A stretch of DNA of 61,141 nt, counting the filler. It is 4 parts of 4 records of this genome, joined end to end, with 100 filler letters (N's around TTAATTAATTAA, not from the genome) between each part and the next. Parts side by side here need not be neighbours in the genome. Positions count along the whole stretch, not along the records: positions 54,633 to 61,141 come from DRR723986_4132; 3 more parts are not named here. The stretch is one strand, 5' to 3'. Numbering within the stretch: position 1 is the first letter of the stretch; every line of letters starts with the position of its first letter. Of the stretch, positions 54,680 through 61,141 are shown in pieces. A model generated the notes under the pieces. That model worked only from the letters and a program-made list of their open reading frames with translations. It did not search any database and had not been told where the DNA came from. The position numbers and the translations under genes are program-made.

Positions 54680-57478
54680 TCAATGCGCCTCGGCCCAGTT
54701 CGCGCCCTGCCCCGCATCTACGACCAGAGGAACGCTCAGCTTCACCGCCGGTTCCGCAGCGCCTTCCATGACCTCCCGAGCCCGGCCGATCAGATCGTCA
54801 ACGGCCCCGCCCGCCACTTCGAAGATCAGCTCGTCATGCACCTGCAACAGCATCTTCGCGGGCAACCCCTCGATGGCATCCTCCATACGGATCATCGCCC
54901 GCCGGATCACATCCGCGGCGGTGCCCTGAATGGGCGCGTTGATCGCCGCCCGATAGGCAAAACTGGCGCGCGGGCCCTTGGCGTTGATCTCTGGTGTGTG
55001 GATCTTGCGACCGAACAGGGTCTGCACGTAGCCCTTTGATTTCGCGAACTCTTTCGTCGCATCCATATAGTCTCGGATACCGGGGAAGCGCTCGAAATAG
55101 GTGTTGATGAACTCCTGAGCCTCCCCCCTCGGGATACGCAGATTGCGCGCCAGACCAAAGCCGGAAATCCCGTAGATCACCCCGAAATTGATCGCCTTGG
55201 CGCGGCGCCGGATCTCTGGCGTCATGTCTTCCATCGGCACGTTGAACATCTCGGATGCGGTCATCGCATGGATGTCGTCACCGCGTTTGAAGGCGGCCTT
55301 CAGCGCGTCGATCCCCGCAATATGGGCCAGAATGCGCAGCTCGATCTGGGAATAGTCCAGCGAAACCAGCACATTACCCGGCTCCGCCACGAAAGCCTCG
55401 CGGATACGCCGCCCTTCTTCGCTGCGCACCGGGATGTTCTGCAAATTCGGATCGGTCGAGGCCAACCGCCCCGTAGACGCGCCGGACTGGATGTAGCTGG
55501 TATGCACCCGGCCGGTGTCTGCGTTGATATGGTCCTGCAACGCGTCCGTGTAAGTCGATTTCAGCTTCTGCAACTGGCGGTAGTCCAGTACCCGCGCGGC
55601 GAAATCATGTTCCGTTGCAAGGTCTTCCAGCACGTCCGCAGGTGTGGACCATTGTCCGGTCTTGGTCTTTGAGCCGCCTTCCAGACCCATATCCTCGAAC
55701 AGGATCTGCCCGACCTGTGCCGGGGACTGTACGTTGAAGGGCTTGCCCGCCAGCTCGTGCAATTCAGCCTCCAGCCCCGCCATCTTCTGGGCAAAGGCAT
55801 TGGACATGCGGCTCAGCGTATCGCGGTCGACCTTGACGCCGTGCCGCTCCATCCGCGCCAGCACCGGCACCAGTGGCCGTTCCAGCGTTTCATAGACCGT
55901 TGTCACCTTTTCCCGGTGCAGTTGCGGCTTGAATGTCTGCCACAGACGCAGGGTGATATCGGCATCTTCGGCGGCGTATTTCACCGCGTCTGAAACCGCC
56001 ACCTTGTCGAAGGTAATCGCCGATTTTCCGCTTCCCAACAGAGACTTGATCGGAATCGGCTGGTGCCCAAGATAGCGGTCGGACAACGCGTCCATCCCGT
56101 GCCCGTGCAGCCCTGCATGAAGCGCGTAGGACAACAGCATCGTGTCATCGAACGGCCCGACCTCGATACCGTAGCCCGCAAGGATCTTGGCGTCGTATTT
56201 CATGTTCTGACCGATTTTCAGAACGCTCGGATCCTCCAGCATCGGTTTCAGCAATGCCAGCGCGTCGTCGAGCCCCATCTGCCCTTCGGCAAGGGCCGAA
56301 CCGCCAAAGAGATCGCCCTCGCCTTCCCTGTGCTGAAGCGGCACGTAACAGGCCTGCCCCGGCTCCACCGACAGGCAGACGCCGACCAGATCGGCGGTCA
56401 TCTCATCCAGGCTGGTGGTTTCGGTATCAACCGCCACATAGCCACGCGCATGGGCCTTGGCGATCCAGCTTGCCAGCGCCGTCGCATCGCGCACGCATTC
56501 ATAGATCTCCGGGTCGAAGGATGCGGCGGCGGGCGAAGGTGCATCGTCGGCAGCAGCCACGGCAGCGGGTTCGGGAATGTCCGGCGCGTCCATTCCAAGC
56601 TGCGTGGCGATCCGTTTGGTCAAGGTGCGGAACTCCATCTGGGCGAGGAATTCCAGCAAGGTTTCCGGCTCGGGCTCTCGCAGTTCCAGATCGTCCAGCG
56701 TCACCGTCATCGGCACCTGATCATCCAGCGTCACCAGTTGTTTCGACAGGCGGATCTGGTCAGCGAAATCAATCAACGTCTGCCGCCGCTTGGGTTGCTT
56801 TATCTCGTCCGCACGCGCCAGCAGCGTTTCCAGATCACCATATTCATTGATCAGAAGCGCGGCGGTCTTGATGCCGATCCCCGGCGCGCCGGGCACGTTG
56901 TCGACGCTGTCACCCGCCAGCGACTGCACATCCACCACGCGTTCCGGTCCGACACCGAACTTGGCCTCGACCCCCTCGCGGTCGATACGACCGTTTTTCA
57001 TCACGTCCAGCATTTCGACGCCGCCGCCGACCAGTTGCATCAAGTCCTTGTCGGAGGAGATGATGGTGCAGCGCCCCCCCGCTTCGCGCGCCTGGCGGGC
57101 GAAGGTGGCGATGATGTCGTCGGCCTCGTAATTCTCCTGCTCGATACAGGCGATGTTGAAGGCGCGGGTGGCCTCGCGCGTCAGGGGGAATTGCGGCACC
57201 AGATCTTCTGGCGCGGGCGGGCGGTTGGCCTTGTAGAGGTCATAGAGATCATTGCGGAAGGTCTTGCCGGAATGGTCGAAGATCACCGCAACATGGGTGG
57301 GCGCATCGGGGCCCTTGTTGTCCTCGATCTGTTTGAACAGCATATTGCAGAACCCGGCCACGGCCCCGATCGGCAACCCGTCGGATTTGCGCGTCAGCGG
57401 CGGCAAGGCGTGATAGGCGCGGAAGATAAAGGCCGAGCCGTCGACCAGATGCAGATGATGCCCTTTACCGAATGCCAT
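54680..57478 (-). CDS. polA: DNA polymerase I
   Basis: 5'-3' exonuclease (EADD), 3'-5' exonuclease (DTETT), DYSQIELR, KAINFG, QVHDEL. Confidence 0.98.
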   Translation of the reverse strand: MAFGKGHHLHLVDGSAFIFRAYHALPPLTRKSDGLPIGAVAGFCNMLFKQIEDNKGPDAPTHVAVIFDHSGKTFRNDLYDLYKANRPPAPEDLVPQFPLTREATRAFNIACIEQENYEADDIIATFARQAREAGGRCTIISSDKDLMQLVGGGVEMLDVMKNGRIDREGVEAKFGVGPERVVDVQSLAGDSVDNVPGAPGIGIKTAALLINEYGDLETLLARADEIKQPKRRQTLIDFADQIRLSKQLVTLDDQVPMTVTLDDLELREPEPETLLEFLAQMEFRTLTKRIATQLGMDAPDIPEPAAVAAADDAPSPAAASFDPEIYECVRDATALASWIAKAHARGYVAVDTETTSLDEMTADLVGVCLSVEPGQACYVPLQHREGEGDLFGGSALAEGQMGLDDALALLKPMLEDPSVLKIGQNMKYDAKILAGYGIEVGPFDDTMLLSYALHAGLHGHGMDALSDRYLGHQPIPIKSLLGSGKSAITFDKVAVSDAVKYAAEDADITLRLWQTFKPQLHREKVTTVYETLERPLVPVLARMERHGVKVDRDTLSRMSNAFAQKMAGLEAELHELAGKPFNVQSPAQVGQILFEDMGLEGGSKTKTGQWSTPADVLEDLATEHDFAARVLDYRQLQKLKSTYTDALQDHINADTGRVHTSYIQSGASTGRLASTDPNLQNIPVRSEEGRRIREAFVAEPGNVLVSLDYSQIELRILAHIAGIDALKAAFKRGDDIHAMTASEMFNVPMEDMTPEIRRRAKAINFGVIYGISGFGLARNLRIPRGEAQEFINTYFERFPGIRDYMDATKEFAKSKGYVQTLFGRKIHTPEINAKGPRASFAYRAAINAPIQGTAADVIRRAMIRMEDAIEGLPAKMLLQVHDELIFEVAGGAVDDLIGRAREVMEGAAEPAVKLSVPLVVDAGQGANWAEAH

Positions 57479-57541
57479 GTGCCGTCCCTGTTCGCGTTGA
57501 TCCGGGAACTGTGTAGCGCGGGCGGCGGGGTTTGGCGAGGG

Positions 57542-58213
57542 TCAGGCGACTTGTGCGACGTGCATGAAGATGGCGACGAAAAACACCACCGATGCGGTCA
57601 CCACGAAGCCATGCCAGATGGTGTTGTGAAAGCGCATTTTCGACCAGAGCAGGAACAGAGTGCCCGCAGAATACAGCACCCCGCCCACCACCATCAGCAC
57701 CACGACCGGCGTCGACATCAGCGCCAGCAGGTCGCGCCCGCCGAACACGATGAACCATCCCATGCCAAGGCAAATCAGCGTGCCCACCACGGTGGACCAT
57801 TTTCGGACCATGAAATTCCCGATGGACGCCACAAGCGCCACGGACCAGATCGCCGCCAGAACACCCGTGCCCGTGCCCGAGAGCAGGGCAAAAGGCGTGT
57901 AGGTTCCGGCGATCTTCATATAGATCGCGGCATGGTCGAAACGGCGCAGCAAATCACGCCAGTCGGGTCTTGGCAGGTGGTTGTACAGCAGCGAGGCCGT
58001 CAGCATCGCAATCAGGGTCGCGCCATAGATCGACACGCCCACGATCCCCGGCGCACCTGTCTGCCACAGGGCCGTCAGCGTGATCAGCACCGGCACCGCC
58101 CCAATGGCCAGCGCCAGCGCCGCCAGATGGACGATGGCATCGCTCAGCAATTCCGCCCGGCTGTAGATCCGGGAGGCATGGGGCATTGGAACGGGGTCGG
58201 GTTTTAGCTCCAT
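57542..58213 (-). CDS. Hemolysin III / PAQR family membrane protein
   Basis: 7 TM, ASLLYN, DHAAIY..IAGTYTP, HNTIWHGFV. Confidence 0.9.
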   Translation of the reverse strand: MELKPDPVPMPHASRIYSRAELLSDAIVHLAALALAIGAVPVLITLTALWQTGAPGIVGVSIYGATLIAMLTASLLYNHLPRPDWRDLLRRFDHAAIYMKIAGTYTPFALLSGTGTGVLAAIWSVALVASIGNFMVRKWSTVVGTLICLGMGWFIVFGGRDLLALMSTPVVVLMVVGGVLYSAGTLFLLWSKMRFHNTIWHGFVVTASVVFFVAIFMHVAQVA

Positions 58214-58295
58214 GGAGCAAAGATAGCACCGCCCCGGTCACCGACAAAGCGGGGCGGGCGGATGACCTTGGGGCAATCGGGTGGATCGGCGGAGA

Positions 58296-58481
58296 TCAGC
58301 CTGCCGTGTGATCCGCAACAGAGGCGTGGACGAATTTCTTGTCGCAATAGCCGCATTCGACCTCGCCGGTGTCCCGGTCCAGCGACAGCCACACGCGCGG
58401 GTGGCCAAGCGCGCCTTCGCCGCCGTCGCAGGCCACGCGCCAGCTGGTCACAACTTCTGTTTCGGGGGCGTCAATGGTCAT
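58296..58481 (-). CDS. zf-CHCC zinc-finger protein
   Basis: [14 protein letters not shown]...CGYCDK. Confidence 0.9.
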   Translation of the reverse strand: MTIDAPETEVVTSWRVACDGGEGALGHPRVWLSLDRDTGEVECGYCDKKFVHASVADHTAG

Positions 58482-58575
58482 GGCTCGCGATCCTTCGCAA
58501 CAAACGGGGGCTTGCAACGTTCCGACATATGGCAAATCGGCCCGCCCCCGGCAAGGCCGATCCGTGTGCCCCGCG

Positions 58576-58959
58576 TCACTCCGCCTTCTTCAGCATCCGG
58601 CCTAGGGGGCGGCCGCTGAGGATATGCATGTGGTAATGCGGCACCTCCTGCACGCCGGTTTCGCCGGCGTTGGAGATCAGGCGATAGCCCTCGCCGCCTT
58701 CGCCCGGCTGGATGCCCAGCCCCGCGCAGATTGCGCCGACGACGCGCGTGAAATCGGCGATCTCGGCGTCAGACGCTTCAGCCGCGAAATGGTCATGGGT
58801 CACGTAAGGGCCCTTGGGAATGACCAGCACGTGATGCGGGGCTTGCGGGGCGATATCGTTGAAGGCGAGCGTGTGCTCGGTTTCCATCACCGTGCTGTTG
58901 GGGATCTCGCGACGCAGGATTTTGGCAAAGATGTTCTGGTCGTCATAGGCGTAGGCCAT
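58576..58959 (-). CDS. HIT family protein (HinT-like)
   Basis: [18 protein letters not shown] histidine triad. Confidence 0.92.
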   Translation of the reverse strand: MAYAYDDQNIFAKILRREIPNSTVMETEHTLAFNDIAPQAPHHVLVIPKGPYVTHDHFAAEASDAEIADFTRVVGAICAGLGIQPGEGGEGYRLISNAGETGVQEVPHYHMHILSGRPLGRMLKKAE

Positions 58960-58970
58960 GCGGGTGTTCC

Positions 58971-60548
58971 TCAGTCATCAAACAGATAGGGGGTTTCGGC
59001 GATTTCGCGGGCGGCGTCCATATCGAGGTTGAAGAACTCCGCCAGAACGGTGGCATTTTCCTCGGTGCTGCGGTCCTGATGGATGCGGAAGTGGTTGCCG
59101 AACCCGGCTTCACGGATGCGCGTACCCTCATAGTCGAACTCGTGGCGCAGGGTGGGCAGCAGATGTTCCACCACCTCTGGCGGCGTTTCCTCGCGCGCCA
59201 ACCCGACCCGGTGCGCGTGGCCGATCAGGTAGTCGTCATCGAAGGTGCACTGGATTTCGAGGATCCGGTTGTTCGACTTGTCGGACATGAAATCGCGCAT
59301 CAGGTCGACATTGTTGGGGTCAAGGCAGATCATCAGCCGATCCACCTCGTAATAATCGAACAGCAGCTTCATCACCGCGCGGCGGTGGCGGTTGCGTTTG
59401 TCCAGCGTGCGTTCCAACCCGCCCAGATGCGGGATATCGCAGCTTGCTTCGTCGAACATGTATTCCAGCCCGCGGGTCCGCGTGACCCGCCGTGCTGTTG
59501 TCAACAGGCGCTTGGCGACGTGCCATTTCTTGCACACCAGCATCAAGAGTTCGCGGTCCTGCCCGAGCGTGCTTTCGCTTTCCCAGAACCGGGGCGCGAA
59601 GCGGCGGCCGATGCGGCCCCGGCCTGACAGGAACTCGAACAGTTTCTTGCCTTCGTCCGAGATAGCGAAGTCGCGCCGGTCCGAGGCCCAAAGCTCGGCC
59701 AACCGTTCCTTCAGTTCGGTCGAGTCCGGGCTGATCTTGCGGGCGAACAGAAAATCCTGGCTCAGCAGCAGGTCGAAATGGTCGTTATAGAACGTGACCG
59801 GCATCCCGTAATCAGTGAACATCAGGAATGTCAGCGTCCGCGTCTCGATTTCCCGCACCGCAACGAGGTGGTTCACCAGCGTCTGAAAGAATGTCTCATC
59901 CGGGATCCATGTGGTGCGGAAAAAGCGGATTACATCGGGGCGGTCCTTGCAGAATTGAAGGATCTTCTCGATCGTTGACCGGCGCAGGCACCACCATTGG
60001 CTGCCGATCATGATCTGTACGTCTTCGGGGATTGCCCGTTCCAGATGCAGCCGTTTCTGAAGGTCCATCAGCCAATAAAATAGGCGCTTGTGCTTGCGTT
60101 CATTGACAAGGTGCCGGTAGACCAGACGTTCCTGACGCATCCCGGTCTTGATCCAGCCCGACGCGAAGAAATCGAAGCTTTCGATGTAGTCCTTGTCGTC
60201 GCGATCCAGGAAATCATGGGCATAGGCCGCCGATTTGATCGAGTTGCAATCCCCCGACAGCATGTAGAAATGCGTGGCATCCGGGAACGCCTCGACCGCG
60301 GCCTGCACCGCGTTCAGGGTCGCCTGTACCAGCGACCATTCCCCCCACCCGCATTTGATCCGGCGTTTCGCAAAGGTGATGGATGGGTTCTGATCCAGCG
60401 CCTCGCGGATGCGGGCGTAGCTGTCGGCCCCCGACCGGGCATCGAAATGGATGGAAATACAATCGCCAGTCGCCGTCAGCCGACGCGCCTGCAGGATGAT
60501 TGCCTCAGGGTCTTTGTGACACAACAGAATGAAGGCAATTTTTGCCAT
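58971..60548 (-). CDS. Core-2/I-branching (GT14-like) glycosyltransferase
   Basis: ILLCHK, WGEWSLV, LSGDC, GSQWW, PDETFFQT, FARK. Confidence 0.85.
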   Translation of the reverse strand: MAKIAFILLCHKDPEAIILQARRLTATGDCISIHFDARSGADSYARIREALDQNPSITFAKRRIKCGWGEWSLVQATLNAVQAAVEAFPDATHFYMLSGDCNSIKSAAYAHDFLDRDDKDYIESFDFFASGWIKTGMRQERLVYRHLVNERKHKRLFYWLMDLQKRLHLERAIPEDVQIMIGSQWWCLRRSTIEKILQFCKDRPDVIRFFRTTWIPDETFFQTLVNHLVAVREIETRTLTFLMFTDYGMPVTFYNDHFDLLLSQDFLFARKISPDSTELKERLAELWASDRRDFAISDEGKKLFEFLSGRGRIGRRFAPRFWESESTLGQDRELLMLVCKKWHVAKRLLTTARRVTRTRGLEYMFDEASCDIPHLGGLERTLDKRNRHRRAVMKLLFDYYEVDRLMICLDPNNVDLMRDFMSDKSNNRILEIQCTFDDDYLIGHAHRVGLAREETPPEVVEHLLPTLRHEFDYEGTRIREAGFGNHFRIHQDRSTEENATVLAEFFNLDMDAAREIAETPYLFDD

Positions 60549-60682
60549 TTGCGAAACAGACGCCTCAAACTTTCCTTATTGTTGTGCCATTACTAGTTGA
60601 TAGCAGGTAAAGACAGCCTAGAGTTTCATAAAAGCCCGATCAATCCGTGGATCGGGCAAAAAACCGTCGGAGGAAAGGCAGT

Positions 60683-61141
60683 ATGGGGTTTCCGGGAACC
60701 TGGATGACAGAGAGCGAAAGCGTCGTCTATCGGGTGGTTCCGAAATGTGCTTGTTCGACCATCGGGCAGATCATGTATTATTCGGACAACGGTAAGTTTT
60801 TTGATGGCGATATTCACGATGCCAGGGACGGCATGCACAAATGGGCCTTCGACGCGTCGCAACCGCTGATCGAAGCGAATGTGCGTGGTCACAACTCTTA
60901 TGCTTTCACCTGCGTGCGCAATCCCTACACCCGCATCCTCAGCAGCTTTTTCGACAAGATCTGCGGCATTCAGCGGAACGGCAAACGCTATCGCGGCAAT
61001 CTTGTGCCGCTTCTGATCCAGAAATACGGGATCGAAGTGGGTGGCGATGACGGCAAGGACGATTTCGATCAGATCGCCAGTTTCCGTCGCTTCCTGCTGT
61101 TCGCCCGCGACACCATCCGCTGGCGCCGCCCGATGGACCCG
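60683..61141 (+). CDS. Sulfotransferase family protein, 3'-truncated by window end
   Basis: MGFPGTWMTESESVVYRVVPKCACST..., VRNPYTRILSSFFDK; GGAGG/AAGG RBS region. Confidence 0.8.
   Translation, partial: MGFPGTWMTESESVVYRVVPKCACSTIGQIMYYSDNGKFFDGDIHDARDGMHKWAFDASQPLIEANVRGHNSYAFTCVRNPYTRILSSFFDKICGIQRNGKRYRGNLVPLLIQKYGIEVGGDDGKDDFDQIASFRRFLLFARDTIRWRRPMDP

Noticed and set aside
57542-58213. Hemolysin as a virulence toxin
   Set aside because: HlyIII/PAQR proteins are widespread membrane homeostasis proteins
1-61141. CRISPR arrays, transposases, phage or defence genes
   Set aside because: No repeat-spacer arrays or recognisable motifs seen by eye

Overview
The window is not one locus. It is four contigs joined by three artificial 100-bp spacers (N44-TTAATTAATTAA-N44), and they appear to come from at least three different Alphaproteobacteria (lineages inferred from protein style, not from a search). 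Contig 1 (1-11218, Roseibium/Labrenzia-like) has a tandem glycine riboswitch ahead of gcvT-gcvH-osmC-gcvPA-gcvPB, two MarR modules with visible operators, a GST, a hemerythrin, tyrS and a DUF4166-like gene. Contig 2 (11319-29334, Hyphomonadaceae-like) has a succinoglycan-like (exoA/F/Y/Q/L/P/O/M-type) Wzy-dependent EPS cluster with a UDP-xylose synthase, a PPP-family phosphatase and a PilZ protein, followed by pimD/pimC-type acyl-CoA dehydrogenases. Contig 3 (29435-54532, Rhodobacteraceae-like) has tRNA-Trp and a capsule region (pglF-like, yjbH/F/E, kpsT/E/M, sulfotransferase, glycosyltransferases, wza, rml genes). Contig 4 (54633-61141) has polA and neighbours. The most interesting signal is an unannotated 21-codon Tyr/Phe-rich leader peptide (MTKMSASFVYFYYVTDIPAAA) with mutually exclusive antiterminator and terminator hairpins directly upstream of tyrS, a candidate ribosome-mediated tyrosine attenuator. 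Other highlights are an OsmC peroxidase placed immediately after lipoyl-GcvH inside the glycine cleavage operon, and an esterase that apparently starts at a non-canonical CTG codon.
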